64,000 nt of DNA from a virus. A program made the translations under genes and the position numbers. The stretch lies in the IMG/VR virus record IMGVR_UViG_3300010157_000060, positions 7,672 through 71,671 of that record; one strand, 5' to 3'. The notes beneath the pieces were generated by a model. That model was not told the origin of the DNA, ran no database searches, and was given only the letters and a program-made list of their open reading frames with translations. Shown one piece after another: positions 10,401 through 21,440 of the stretch. Within the stretch, counting starts at the first letter, position 1. Each line of letters opens with the position of its first letter.

Positions 10401-13400
10401 ATGTCCGAACTAAGTAATGCTACATTAACCACTCTGTCCACTACTTACTATGATGACTTCAATGAAGATAAGAAGTTCTATAGGATCCTGTTCAGGCCAG
10501 CTTTCGCGGTTCAAGCTAGAGAGTTAACTCAGCTACAGACCATCATCCAGAAGCAGCTGTCTAGGTTCGGTGACAACATCTTTAAAGACGGGTCGATCGT
10601 AGACGGCGTCGCGATCAACAACTACGCCAATACCCAGTTCGTGAGGTTGGTGGACAACTTACTCACTGGAAACGTGGCCATCACGGACCTAGCGACTGGA
10701 AAGTACATCATAACTAACGGTACGAACGCGAACGCAGTTAGAGCTACGGTGCTCACTGCGCAGACGGGCTTCGTGTCGACTTACCCTAACACCAACCAGC
10801 TCTACTTGAACTACTACTATACTGGAAAGACTGCCGGAAATAACGACGTCACTTCGTTCTCAAATGGTGAAACGCTCTACATCTACAACGCTAACCAGAC
10901 CGCTCTAGGTACGCTGAATGGGTCTTACTTAGCGGCAACGATAAATGTGTACACCTCTAACTCATCTACTAATTCTACTGGAAATGGGTACTGCTTTGGA
11001 ATCTCCGAGGGTGTCGTATACAGCAAGGGCTTCTTCCAGAAAGTAAGTAGGCAGGTCACGGTCGTTAGTAGGCACGTCAGCAATCCAAATAACATGATCG
11101 TTGGCTTTGAGACGCGCGAGTCTATCGTTAATGAGAACCAAGACTCCTCATTGAACGACAATGCTCAGGGATTTACTAACTACAACGCTCCTGGAGCGCA
11201 CAGACTCAAGCTAGATCCCGTGTTAGTTCCGTACGACAAGGGATCCGTGTCGAACACGTTCTTTGGAATCGCTGAGTTTGACAACGGAAACTTAATAGTT
11301 AATAGGAACCCAGACTCATCTTATAACAAGATAGCGAGTGTGATGGCGACCAGGACTTTCGAGGAGTCCGGTAACTATACTCTAAAGCCATTCACGGTTC
11401 AGACATCTCCTGTATCTGGAAACTCAGCTGCGTTCTTTTATGAGATATCTCCAGGTGTGTCTTATGTTAAAGGAACTAGAATAGAGCTGCTGAGCACAGT
11501 GAGGAAGCAAGTACCAAGAGCTACTACCACTGCCATTACTCAGAACCAGTCAATTACCGCGAACTATGGAAACTACATATTCGTAGATGACGTCGTTGGT
11601 GTTCCCGATTTAGATAACTTAGGCGAGGTTGTAATCTATGATGCTCCACAGAACGCCGTATCTGGTCTAGGTGGTATCTCATCTGGAGCAACTGGAAACG
11701 CGATCGGCTACGCTAATATCAAGTCAATGGTGTACTACTCAGGAACTAAAGGCCAGAGCACTTGCCAGTACTACCTCTATCTCTTCAACATCAGGATGAT
11801 CACTGGTAAATCATTTAGAAATGACGCTAAGAGCTTCTATAAGAGCTCAGCTCCTAAGTTTAAAGCCGACATAGTACTCGATATAGGCAGCCAAGCTGTT
11901 CTGATGGACAGCACTTTAACTCCTCTAGTCTTCAGCTCAGGTGTTACATTTACGAAGAGCTTGACTCCTACTGGAGGAAGTGTTGATACCAGCTTCATCT
12001 ACAGGAACACTTCGACTACTACTCTAAACTCAAATGGTACTTTCACGTTCACGCTGAGCGGCGGCTTAGGAGCCGGCGGTACTGAGAGGCTCTACGATGG
12101 TACTGCTAGGGACTACCAGATAAGCTTTACTCAGAACTCGTACTCGAGCAACGTTACCGGTACTGCGAGCGCGAACACCACTAGCCCGATAGTAGTTGGA
12201 TCTACGACTACATTCCAAACTGACTTCAAATCTGGAGATGCGATAAGGTTCTCGAACTCAACGGCTTCTTGGATTGCTACGATCAGCTCAGTGACATCAA
12301 ATACCTCAATGACGCTGACAGCAAACGGATCTGCAACTTACTCAGCTTATAAGATGCAGCACTACTACGCTGACGGTTCTATTCTCAACATCACAGACTC
12401 GATGCTGTCAGTTAACCAAGCCGCGAACACCTTCACGATTACCAGTGGAATAACTTTTGACTATGGTTCTGGAAACACCATGTACGCTCAGTATCCAGTC
12501 CAGCGTACTCTAGCCGTTCCTACTAAGAAAGTTATAAACAAGTACAGGTACGTGAAGATCGACTGCTCTAATAATGCTGGCGGTACTGCAGGTCCGTGGT
12601 CACTTGGGTTCCCAGATGTGCATAGCATCGATAAGATTCACGTGAGCACTGCATACTCTAATACCACACCTGACGTTAAGTCTTGGTTCAACATCAACAA
12701 TGGTGAAAAAGATGACGCGTACGATGTAGCGTCGATCTCAATAAAGCCAAGCAAAGCTAGCCAGATCACAGCTTCATCTAAGATCTTAGTCAGGCTCAAT
12801 CACTTCACGGCTAACACCTCAGCGGGTATTGGCTTCTTCTCGGTTGACTCGTATCCAGTTAGCACCGATGGTATAACTTCGAACACGACTACTATCACTC
12901 TAGCTGATATTCCATCCTATACTCTAAAGAACGGTGGCACTCTTGACTTGAGAGATGCTATCGACTTCAGGCCATATAAAGCAAATACCGCTAATTCAGT
13001 TGGCAACTCGAATGGCACTGCCAACACAGATCCAGCAAATACTTGGATCACGATTAATCCAGGATACGCTAACACTAACACCTACAGCGTTAGCGCTTAT
13101 GGGCAGTACTTACCAGAGCCTGACTCAGTGTTCCAAGCTGACTACGAGTACTATCTTCCAAGAAGAGATCTAGTTATTACCAGCCCAGGTGGTACTATCA
13201 AAGTAATTCAAGGTAATCCAGAGCTCAATGCTAGACTTCCTCTTAATATAAGTGACGGTAGCGTTATAGCTGAGACTGCAGTTCCAGCTTTCCCATCTCT
13301 TACTACTAGTGAGGGAGAAGCTTCTAACAGATCTGATCTGGTGACTAAGATCATCTTGAGATCTAATAGAAGATACACGATGGAGGAGATCGGAGTACTT

Positions 13401-16400
13401 GAGGACAGGATCAGCCGCCTTGAGTACTACACCGTTCTATCTCAGCTCGAGCAGGCTGCTAAGTCTACTAGCATTCCTAGCGATACTACTGGAGCAGATA
13501 GGTTCAAGAACGGAATCTTCGCTGAGCCTTTCAACTCACACGACAACGGCCAAGTAGGAGATCCAGCTTACTCTATCGCTAAAGACACCGGTGAGTCGGT
13601 GATGAGGCCTAAGTTCAAAGAGCACCCTCTAGATCTCCAGTACGTTCCATCTTTATCGACTAATATCCAGAAGAGCGGAATGTTCTTGACTCTTCCCTAC
13701 ACTGACGAGGTATTCGCTCAGCAGCTTAATGCTTCTAAGTACAGGGTATGCACGGAGTCTATCTGGCAGTGGAACGGGCACGTCGATCTTCTACCACAAT
13801 CAGACTATCACAATGATACCACCAACGCTCCGGCAGTGAACTTAAAAGTTGACTTGAGCCAGCCTTGGAAAGACTTCGCTAACTCGGTGTTCGGAACTAA
13901 CTACGACGTTCTAGACACCACGTCAAAAACATCTTCATCTGTAGTGAGCAAGACGAGCTGGGATGCCGATGGTGGAACTTACACTAAGACCAACACGTCC
14001 ATCACGACGACGACTTCGGTTACTGCTAACGTAACTAACACAAAAGTAACCACTACTGAAGTAGAGCAGAAAGTTGGTAACTTCGTTCAAGATGTGTCCA
14101 TCATCCCCTACATCAGAGAGCAGATCATCAGCTTCAACGCTATGAACTTGAAGCCGAACTCTAAAGTTCACGCGTTCTTTGATAGGGTCAACGTCGACGC
14201 TAGCGTCGCTCCTGGAACTCCCCTATCAACTACGAGAGGAGATTCGGCCTTCACGACTAGGTCACATTACTTCTGCACTCCGTCGGCGCCTCTTGGCACA
14301 GCTCTCGTGGCTAACTCAACTGGCGGTGTCTCTGGAATCTTCAGGATACCAGCAGCTACATTCAGGACCGGCGATAGGGAGTTCTTACTCACTAACGTCG
14401 ACAACCTAGATACTGGAGCGAACGCACAGCTGACAAAGGCTGTAGCAGTATTTACAGCGTCTGCTCTTGCAGTCACGAAAGAGTCAGTAACTCTCACGAC
14501 TATCAACCCATCTATCAAGGTCACCAGCGGAAAAGTTACTACTACTTCTTCTTCTACAACTTACCAGTCATCTACTAGCTTTGTTAGACCACCAGATCCG
14601 CCAGATCCGCCAAATGATGGCGGCGGCGGTGGCGGCGACGATAGCAACAACGGAAATGACTCCGGCGATGATGATCCGATCGCTCAGTCATTTAAAGTCC
14701 CAGCTACTGGCGTTAGCGAGGGGTCATATATAACCAAGATTGGTCTATACTTTAAAGCAAAAGACCCAACTCTCGGCATCTTCGTGCAGCTATGTGAGAC
14801 GACCACTGGGTTCCCAGATAAGAACACAATTCTTGGGCAAGCATTCCTGCCGGCGTCATCGATTCAGGTCAGCGATGACGCGAGCTTAGAGACAGTATTT
14901 GAATTTGAGACTCCTATTTACATCTTGAACAACAAAGAGTACGCCTACATCGTCGTCCCACAGGGCAACTCACCGGAGCCTCTTCTCTGGGTAGCTGAGA
15001 CCGGCGGCGTTGATATCGCTTCTGGAAAGAACATCTTTACTGACTCGTACTCAGGCATGATGTTCGTGTCAGCTAATAAGTCAAGCTGGACACCAATACA
15101 GAAAGAAGACATTAAGTTTAAGCTGTACAGAGCTAGGTTCACTGAGGCTTCTGGATCTGCTGTGTTCAGGAACGAAGACGATGAGTTCTTAACTCTTGAC
15201 AGCATCGTGAGGATCAACTCCTCTACTGGTATTCAAGTTGGTGACGTGGTATACACGCAGAACTCAACTTCAAATACTGCGATCACTTTAACTGGATCTC
15301 CATTTGGTGTCATACAATCGTACGATGAGACCAACGGAACTATTGTCTTAGATAGTGCGATCGCTGGGTTCTCAAATACTACTAATCCTAAAGTAGAGAT
15401 TCACAGGATCTTGCCGGTTACGAACACATCTCTATCTAACAGCACTCTCATAGCTCTAGCAAACGTGGTCACAGTAGACAACTATACATACCACACCATC
15501 GTACCTAGGTTCGGCGCTATAGCTCCTGCTGGAACTTCATTAACATATGATTTCAAGGGAACTGATACTTCTTACTCAACTGACTCAACTTGGTCTTCAG
15601 TACAATCAGATAAGCCAAATGAGAACATAGATAAGAGCAGGATAATTGTCAGCAGGACAAATGAAAAGAACAGCGCAGCTAATAATAAGACGACTTTCTT
15701 GAGAGCTAATTTATCAGCGACTGGATTCTACTCAGCTCCGGTCATTGACTTGAGAAGGAAGTCCGCGCTGATGATCGAGAATCTCATCAACAACGATAAG
15801 ACCAATGAGTACACCAATCACGGTAATGCTGTTTGCAGGTACATCTCAAAGACCATAGTCTTAGCTGATGGACAAGACGCAGAGGACATCAAGATATACT
15901 TGAGAGCGCATCGTCCCCAGAACACCGACATCACGGTGTATGGAAAGTTCCAAGCAGCCACAGATCCAGATATATTTGAGAATAAGAACTGGACGCAGAT
16001 GAGCTACTTAAATGGAACTAGCGACATATACAGCTCAACTTCATCTACACTCGATATTAAAGAGTACGAGTTCGGGTTCGCTAATACAGCAGCGACTACC
16101 GCTACATTCTCGGCAAATGCTGCTGTTAATAGCACCAGCGATTTCATACTGATCACCAATAACCCGTTCGTGAATAACAACGTCGTGCAGTACTATAGGC
16201 CGGGACCGGAAGTAGATGATCCGGTTCTTCCGGGACTAGCTAACCAGACATTCTACTATGTCGTCTCAGCTAACTCAACGGCTCTATGTCTATCCGCATC
16301 GCAAGATGGCACGGCACTCGCGATCAACGCGACATCGAACGCAACGGCACTTCATACTCTAAAAGCTTACCTTCCATCAATAAAGAATACCGCTTACAGC

Positions 16401-16556
16401 AACCCAGACAACAGCGGTATCGTGGAGTACTACAGCACTTCTGGAAGTAGGTACACTGGATACAAGTACTTCGCGATCAAGATAGTCTTGACAGCGGCGG
16501 ACGGATCTAGAGTACCAAAGCTCAATGATATGAGAGCCATAGCTCTGCAGATCTGA
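10401..16556 (+). CDS. Large virion structural protein, VrlC/DUF4815 type
   Basis: YYDDFNEDKKFYRILFRP, QARELTQLQTIIQKQ, NYNAPGAHRLK, RTFEESGNY, DRFKNGIFAEPF and DPIAQSF are typical of this T4-like family. SD AAGGA upstream. Confidence 0.85.
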   Translation: MSELSNATLTTLSTTYYDDFNEDKKFYRILFRPAFAVQARELTQLQTIIQKQLSRFGDNIFKDGSIVDGVAINNYANTQFVRLVDNLLTGNVAITDLATGKYIITNGTNANAVRATVLTAQTGFVSTYPNTNQLYLNYYYTGKTAGNNDVTSFSNGETLYIYNANQTALGTLNGSYLAATINVYTSNSSTNSTGNGYCFGISEGVVYSKGFFQKVSRQVTVVSRHVSNPNNMIVGFETRESIVNENQDSSLNDNAQGFTNYNAPGAHRLKLDPVLVPYDKGSVSNTFFGIAEFDNGNLIVNRNPDSSYNKIASVMATRTFEESGNYTLKPFTVQTSPVSGNSAAFFYEISPGVSYVKGTRIELLSTVRKQVPRATTTAITQNQSITANYGNYIFVDDVVGVPDLDNLGEVVIYDAPQNAVSGLGGISSGATGNAIGYANIKSMVYYSGTKGQSTCQYYLYLFNIRMITGKSFRNDAKSFYKSSAPKFKADIVLDIGSQAVLMDSTLTPLVFSSGVTFTKSLTPTGGSVDTSFIYRNTSTTTLNSNGTFTFTLSGGLGAGGTERLYDGTARDYQISFTQNSYSSNVTGTASANTTSPIVVGSTTTFQTDFKSGDAIRFSNSTASWIATISSVTSNTSMTLTANGSATYSAYKMQHYYADGSILNITDSMLSVNQAANTFTITSGITFDYGSGNTMYAQYPVQRTLAVPTKKVINKYRYVKIDCSNNAGGTAGPWSLGFPDVHSIDKIHVSTAYSNTTPDVKSWFNINNGEKDDAYDVASISIKPSKASQITASSKILVRLNHFTANTSAGIGFFSVDSYPVSTDGITSNTTTITLADIPSYTLKNGGTLDLRDAIDFRPYKANTANSVGNSNGTANTDPANTWITINPGYANTNTYSVSAYGQYLPEPDSVFQADYEYYLPRRDLVITSPGGTIKVIQGNPELNARLPLNISDGSVIAETAVPAFPSLTTSEGEASNRSDLVTKIILRSNRRYTMEEIGVLEDRISRLEYYTVLSQLEQAAKSTSIPSDTTGADRFKNGIFAEPFNSHDNGQVGDPAYSIAKDTGESVMRPKFKEHPLDLQYVPSLSTNIQKSGMFLTLPYTDEVFAQQLNASKYRVCTESIWQWNGHVDLLPQSDYHNDTTNAPAVNLKVDLSQPWKDFANSVFGTNYDVLDTTSKTSSSVVSKTSWDADGGTYTKTNTSITTTTSVTANVTNTKVTTTEVEQKVGNFVQDVSIIPYIREQIISFNAMNLKPNSKVHAFFDRVNVDASVAPGTPLSTTRGDSAFTTRSHYFCTPSAPLGTALVANSTGGVSGIFRIPAATFRTGDREFLLTNVDNLDTGANAQLTKAVAVFTASALAVTKESVTLTTINPSIKVTSGKVTTTSSSTTYQSSTSFVRPPDPPDPPNDGGGGGGDDSNNGNDSGDDDPIAQSFKVPATGVSEGSYITKIGLYFKAKDPTLGIFVQLCETTTGFPDKNTILGQAFLPASSIQVSDDASLETVFEFETPIYILNNKEYAYIVVPQGNSPEPLLWVAETGGVDIASGKNIFTDSYSGMMFVSANKSSWTPIQKEDIKFKLYRARFTEASGSAVFRNEDDEFLTLDSIVRINSSTGIQVGDVVYTQNSTSNTAITLTGSPFGVIQSYDETNGTIVLDSAIAGFSNTTNPKVEIHRILPVTNTSLSNSTLIALANVVTVDNYTYHTIVPRFGAIAPAGTSLTYDFKGTDTSYSTDSTWSSVQSDKPNENIDKSRIIVSRTNEKNSAANNKTTFLRANLSATGFYSAPVIDLRRKSALMIENLINNDKTNEYTNHGNAVCRYISKTIVLADGQDAEDIKIYLRAHRPQNTDITVYGKFQAATDPDIFENKNWTQMSYLNGTSDIYSSTSSTLDIKEYEFGFANTAATTATFSANAAVNSTSDFILITNNPFVNNNVVQYYRPGPEVDDPVLPGLANQTFYYVVSANSTALCLSASQDGTALAINATSNATALHTLKAYLPSIKNTAYSNPDNSGIVEYYSTSGSRYTGYKYFAIKIVLTAADGSRVPKLNDMRAIALQI

Positions 16557-16557
16557 T

Positions 16558-16761
16558 ATGGCCAAGATCTTACCAACCGATGGCTTCGTGAGGAGTCCTG
16601 AGATCCCAGGAGCTATCGTCAACGTAGATAATAGTGCTCTAGAAGCGTACAAACTTCGTCGCCAAAAAGAGAAGACTAAGTTAGATGAAATAAATAGTCT
16701 TAAGCAAGAAGTGGCCGACATCAAGAGCCTATTAACACAGCTAATAGAGAAACTTAAATGA
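16558..16761 (+). CDS. Small coiled-coil protein
   Basis: 67 aa with GAIVNVD then an amphipathic helix (INSLKQEVADIKSLLTQL). Tightly packed between its neighbours. Confidence 0.7.
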   Translation: MAKILPTDGFVRSPEIPGAIVNVDNSALEAYKLRRQKEKTKLDEINSLKQEVADIKSLLTQLIEKLK

Positions 16762-19700
16762 CTATAATAGTAGCGAACGTAGATACCACATCGGATACAT
16801 ATGGTGGTCTGATCACGAAAGTAAATCAGCTCGCAAATGCTCTCGCTAACTACACGGTCACTACGAACTCCAATACTGCTGCTGGAAACGCCGCTGTCGG
16901 GAACGCCCTGACTGCTAACGTTCTCTACGCGAACACGATAAACGGTGGTAATACATCTACGAGTAACAATCTCGGAGTTACCAGCAACCTCTACGTTGTG
17001 CCGTATCCTGGAGCTAACACTCTAGTCATAACTGGAAACTCAACTATAGGCCAGTTCACCACGACCATAACCGGAAACGTGGTGACCATCAATCCGGCTA
17101 ATACCAGAATAAGCGGAACGGTCTTGACCGTGAACACCGCATCGGTGAACGTCACCTCGAATACGGCAGTGACTGGAAATACCTACCTCTACGGAAACTC
17201 AACTTCGCAGAGCTTTAAGTTAACTGGAAACTCGACTACAACGAACGTCGACATCAACGTCACCTCAGCTAACTTAAACGCGATCTTCGACATTAACGGA
17301 AACACGATCGTAGGGGCGAACTCCACTCTTACTAATATCTCAGTGAGTGGAAACAGCACTACCTCGAACGTCAACATAAGCGCTAACGACGTATATCTAA
17401 CTCCTACCTCCAACGTCAACATCACCTCCAAGCTCTACGTATCTAACGTCGTTGTGTCAGGTAACACCGACATCACTGGGTACATCAACGTCTCGTCTAC
17501 AGCCAACGTCGGTGGAGCTACGACTCTCAGGGGAACCGCGACGGTCAACGGGGCTCTAACAGTATCCAATACGGCTGCTCTTGGAAATACGACGATCACT
17601 GGCTTCGCGAACGTAACTACGACTCTCTTAGTCGGAACGTCAGCTAACGTAACTACGACTCTTGGAGCTGGTAACACGACCATCACCGGATTCGCGAACA
17701 TAAGTAGCACACTCGCTTCAGGTAATACTACAGTAACCGGATTTGCTAACGTCACGACTACTCTTCAAGTTGGAACTTCAGCGCAAGTAGGAACCACACT
17801 CTCTTCTGGAAATACCACTATCTCTGGATTCGTTAACTCAACTTCTTCGAACTCAGGATCGTACTCAGTAGGAGCTACGTTCACGGCTAACGCAACTCTG
17901 GTGAACGCCGCGGCGATAAACATCACCGGCCAAGTTAATACGGCAACTCTATTCTCAGCTACCTCAGCTAACGTTGGAGCCAACGTTCAGGCAAACACCT
18001 CAGCTTACTTGGTCTCAAGTAACTCAACTGTGAACACGATCATCACGGCGACGAGCATCACGCAGGCTAACACCACAGCTACTCCATTTGTTGCTAACTC
18101 TTCTGGACTATATCATACTGGTACAGTAAACGCTGGATCTTTTAGTGTTGGGTCGAGCGATGTTATCAACTCAACTGCTTTCTTCTTCTCCACTATAAAC
18201 TCTACCTCAAATGGTCTAGTAGCCAACGCGACCAGCATCTCGATTGGTAATACCTCAGTTAACGTCAGTATCGGAGTTGCCAACTTAGCAGTCGGCACCG
18301 CATTCACCGCGAATGCATCTCTCGTAAATGCTATAGCGCTCAACGTAGTCAACCAGACGAACACCGCTACGCTCTTTGCGACCACGTCCGCGAACGTTGG
18401 AGCCAACGTTCAAGCTAACACCTCAGCGCTCTTTATTGGAAACAGCACGGTCAACTCGACCCTCTCTGCTGGCAACTTGAACGTTAACGGAGCGTTCATA
18501 GCCAACAATACCGGAGCATATCATTCCGGCACGATGAACGCAGCCTCGTTCACTACTACCAACTTCACGGCAAATAACTCCGGCGTGTATCCACTCTCGA
18601 ACTCTGCCGGTACGGCAGTCGGGTCCTCTACTAAGAGAGTGGTGATAAGCGCGAACACCATCGACGCTACCGGAGCTACGACTCTCAATAATACTCTGGC
18701 TGCTGGAAATACGACAGTCACCGGGTTCGCCAACATCAGCTCCTCACTTCAAGTGACTGGAAATACTTCTCTTAGTGGCAACTTAGTACTTGGATCTACA
18801 TCTCTACCAGTGGGCTTACAGGCAAACGGTAGCTACGGCGCCACCGGTCAAGTTCTCTTGAGCAATGGCTCAGCGACGTACTGGGAGTACCAGTACAACA
18901 TGTCGCAAGTTGTTAATCCAAATACCTCTTACATCTTCTCTAATACGACGACATTTGATACCTCTGCTAATAATAACCAGAATAACCCGATACTCATCAA
19001 GTCGCAGAACACCGCTTCGGTAACGATACAGGGCGACAGCGCAGGTACAGCCAACTCGCTCACATCCGGCGCTTACTTGAGAATGGGAACTAAGGGATCA
19101 GCTAACCTAGGAATCTTAGCTTTCGTTATAGGTGCTGGTAACAACGGCATCGGTGGAGCTTACACTGGAACTCTGGCGAACTCGTTCCTCCTTGGAACTA
19201 CCGCTAACTCAACACTGATCCCACCGCTTCATCTCGGTGTAGCCAACGCAGTCGTCATGACGATCACCGGAAGCGCGACTGTACCTAATACCGGCTTCGG
19301 AAACACAGCTCCGGTCGACACGGTCAGAGCCGAGGGAACTTTCTCAGCTCTTAGCTCAATTGGAATTAGCAACTCATCAGCTAACGCTCTGATGGCTAAT
19401 ACCACGGGCATCTACCACACCGGAACTGTGAACGCTGCCTCTTACACGACTACGAACTTCCAAGCGAACAACACGGGCGTTTACCCGCTGTCCAACAGCG
19501 CTGGAGTAGCTCTCGGATCTACTACTAAGAGGTTCAACCTCTACGCCAACAACATCGACTTCTCTGGAAGTCTCCAGACAACAGGAGCTTCTGGACTAGG
19601 TAACACTACGATCACGGGCTTCGCGAACGTCAGCACTACTCTCCAAGTAGGAACGTCGGCGCAGATCGGAACAACTCTAGCAGCCGGCAACACGACGATC

Positions 19701-20318
19701 ACGGGCTTCGCTAACGCTACTACTTCTCTTCAAGTTGGAACGTCAGCGACAATAGGCACTACGCTCTCTGCTGGAAACACGACCATCACTGGATTCGCTA
19801 ACGTATCTCAGGGTGTTAACGCGAACTCATTCTCGGTTGGAACTGCATTCACGGCTAACTCAACTCTCGCGAACGTCTACGCTATAAACGTACAGACCCA
19901 AGCGAACGCCGATATCTTCTACGCAGCGTCTTACGCCAACGTAGGTACCCTACTCAGGGCAAACACCTCAGCTTACTTAGTCTCAAGCAACTCGACTGTC
20001 AACGCGATACTGAACTCTACGTCGCTGACTTTCACCAACACGACCGCAACGCCGTTCGTCGCTAACGTCACCGGTCTCTACCATACTGGAACCGTCAATG
20101 CTGCATCGTACACGGTAGGTACTTCTCTTACTGCAAACGCTTCCGGTATATACATTGGAGCTAATAGCTTAGTTAATACCTCAGTGCACTTCATCGGAAA
20201 CTCTTCGGTAAATACAAATATATCAGCAAACCAGATTACACTGAATGGCGCTAACGTGATGACTACCGCAACGACGCTGAAAGTATACGACGCATCCGGT
20301 ACTCAAGTATTCCCATAA
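16758..20318 (+). CDS. Long fibre-like virion protein 1 (Asn/Thr/Ser-rich)
   Basis: 1186 aa of beta-strand repeats (GNTTITGFANV several times; ANxTGLYHTGTVNA). Shares modules with the fibres at 32159 and 35142. Confidence 0.75.
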   Translation: MTIIVANVDTTSDTYGGLITKVNQLANALANYTVTTNSNTAAGNAAVGNALTANVLYANTINGGNTSTSNNLGVTSNLYVVPYPGANTLVITGNSTIGQFTTTITGNVVTINPANTRISGTVLTVNTASVNVTSNTAVTGNTYLYGNSTSQSFKLTGNSTTTNVDINVTSANLNAIFDINGNTIVGANSTLTNISVSGNSTTSNVNISANDVYLTPTSNVNITSKLYVSNVVVSGNTDITGYINVSSTANVGGATTLRGTATVNGALTVSNTAALGNTTITGFANVTTTLLVGTSANVTTTLGAGNTTITGFANISSTLASGNTTVTGFANVTTTLQVGTSAQVGTTLSSGNTTISGFVNSTSSNSGSYSVGATFTANATLVNAAAINITGQVNTATLFSATSANVGANVQANTSAYLVSSNSTVNTIITATSITQANTTATPFVANSSGLYHTGTVNAGSFSVGSSDVINSTAFFFSTINSTSNGLVANATSISIGNTSVNVSIGVANLAVGTAFTANASLVNAIALNVVNQTNTATLFATTSANVGANVQANTSALFIGNSTVNSTLSAGNLNVNGAFIANNTGAYHSGTMNAASFTTTNFTANNSGVYPLSNSAGTAVGSSTKRVVISANTIDATGATTLNNTLAAGNTTVTGFANISSSLQVTGNTSLSGNLVLGSTSLPVGLQANGSYGATGQVLLSNGSATYWEYQYNMSQVVNPNTSYIFSNTTTFDTSANNNQNNPILIKSQNTASVTIQGDSAGTANSLTSGAYLRMGTKGSANLGILAFVIGAGNNGIGGAYTGTLANSFLLGTTANSTLIPPLHLGVANAVVMTITGSATVPNTGFGNTAPVDTVRAEGTFSALSSIGISNSSANALMANTTGIYHTGTVNAASYTTTNFQANNTGVYPLSNSAGVALGSTTKRFNLYANNIDFSGSLQTTGASGLGNTTITGFANVSTTLQVGTSAQIGTTLAAGNTTITGFANATTSLQVGTSATIGTTLSAGNTTITGFANVSQGVNANSFSVGTAFTANSTLANVYAINVQTQANADIFYAASYANVGTLLRANTSAYLVSSNSTVNAILNSTSLTFTNTTATPFVANVTGLYHTGTVNAASYTVGTSLTANASGIYIGANSLVNTSVHFIGNSSVNTNISANQITLNGANVMTTATTLKVYDASGTQVFP

Positions 20319-20329
20319 GAGATTAGTAG

Positions 20330-21439
20330 ATGGCAACTGCCCTTAAAATAAACACGGCTACATCTCCAGTCTCTCTTAAAGAAATGTCGGGAACTGAGTT
20401 TGAGTATGCTATAAACCAGATGCTCACTACGTTCGCTGGAACGCAGACCGGTGTTGGAACTCTCTCCGTTAACCCAGCTAGCACTACTGGACTAACATCA
20501 ATAGGTACATTTACTGATACGTACATCAACGCTCTTCCTGGAGCGCATCCGGTCGGTACTACTCCCCTATCAGTAACTTACACTTTCTATCAAGATCAGG
20601 GCTCTGCGGCTGAGTCGCTGACTAGGCCAGTTGAGTACTCTGCGGGTCTAAAAGAGCAAGTTGACGCTAACTTAAATGCAGACCTCGTATCAAAAGCTCT
20701 TGCTAACTTAGTAGCTACTGGTGTTGGCTTCTACTCTCTGCAGCCAACTACTCCAACTGGCGGTACTTGGGTATCGATCTCTACGATCACGAATACTCTC
20801 GACTCAGCTACGACTAATACCACGCAGCTATGGAGAAAGACGGCTCCAGCTTCTTCTCCATCTACGGTTAGGACCATAAAGCTAGACGCGACTACTACTC
20901 CGAAGTCGATCAAGGAGATGTCGGACGCTGAGATACAGACACTCACTGCTCGCCTTAGGAACCAGATAGTCTCGACAGGCATCGGCAAGTACTCAGTTCA
21001 AGCTACCGCTCCAGCATCAGGTGGAACTTGGGTATCGTCAGGTACGGCCTTCTTAGACACTCGCAGGACAGCGACCGATACAGCGTACGTTCTCAACTAC
21101 ACCAAAGATTATACGGGCGCTTATACTAGAAACTACACCGGCGCTTATACTAGAACTTATACCGGCGTATATAGCAAGACGTTTACTGGCTCTTATAGCG
21201 GATCTTATCAAGCATCGTATAACGGATACTTTGGTGGCGTCACGCGATCGGGCTCTTACTTGGGTAACTATCTTCTGAGCTATACTGGAGCTTATAACGC
21301 TCTTGCTTACACCGGTGTGTACTCAGGACTAGTTAGCTTAACTTACAGTAAAGCTTATAGCACGAGCTTCTCTGGACAGACGTTAAATAGTGACAGCCCA
21401 ACAATTTCAACAGTCTACTTATGGGTAAGGACCGCTTAA
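20330..21439 (+). CDS. Putative virion structural protein with a Tyr-periodic repeat
   Basis: Internal duplication (SLKEMS / SIKEMS; GGTWVS twice) and a YTGAYTRN-type four-residue periodic tract. Confidence 0.65.
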   Translation: MATALKINTATSPVSLKEMSGTEFEYAINQMLTTFAGTQTGVGTLSVNPASTTGLTSIGTFTDTYINALPGAHPVGTTPLSVTYTFYQDQGSAAESLTRPVEYSAGLKEQVDANLNADLVSKALANLVATGVGFYSLQPTTPTGGTWVSISTITNTLDSATTNTTQLWRKTAPASSPSTVRTIKLDATTTPKSIKEMSDAEIQTLTARLRNQIVSTGIGKYSVQATAPASGGTWVSSGTAFLDTRRTATDTAYVLNYTKDYTGAYTRNYTGAYTRTYTGVYSKTFTGSYSGSYQASYNGYFGGVTRSGSYLGNYLLSYTGAYNALAYTGVYSGLVSLTYSKAYSTSFSGQTLNSDSPTISTVYLWVRTA

Positions 21440-21440
21440 T

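Noticed and set aside
14585-14680. PPDPPDPP-GGGGGG-DD low-complexity tract and ccagatccg repeat
   Set aside because: A flexible linker just before the conserved DPIAQSF motif; no sign of a separate element.
21100-21170. 24-bp periodic DNA repeat as a possible CRISPR array
   Set aside because: In-frame coding repeat with no unique spacers; no cas genes.
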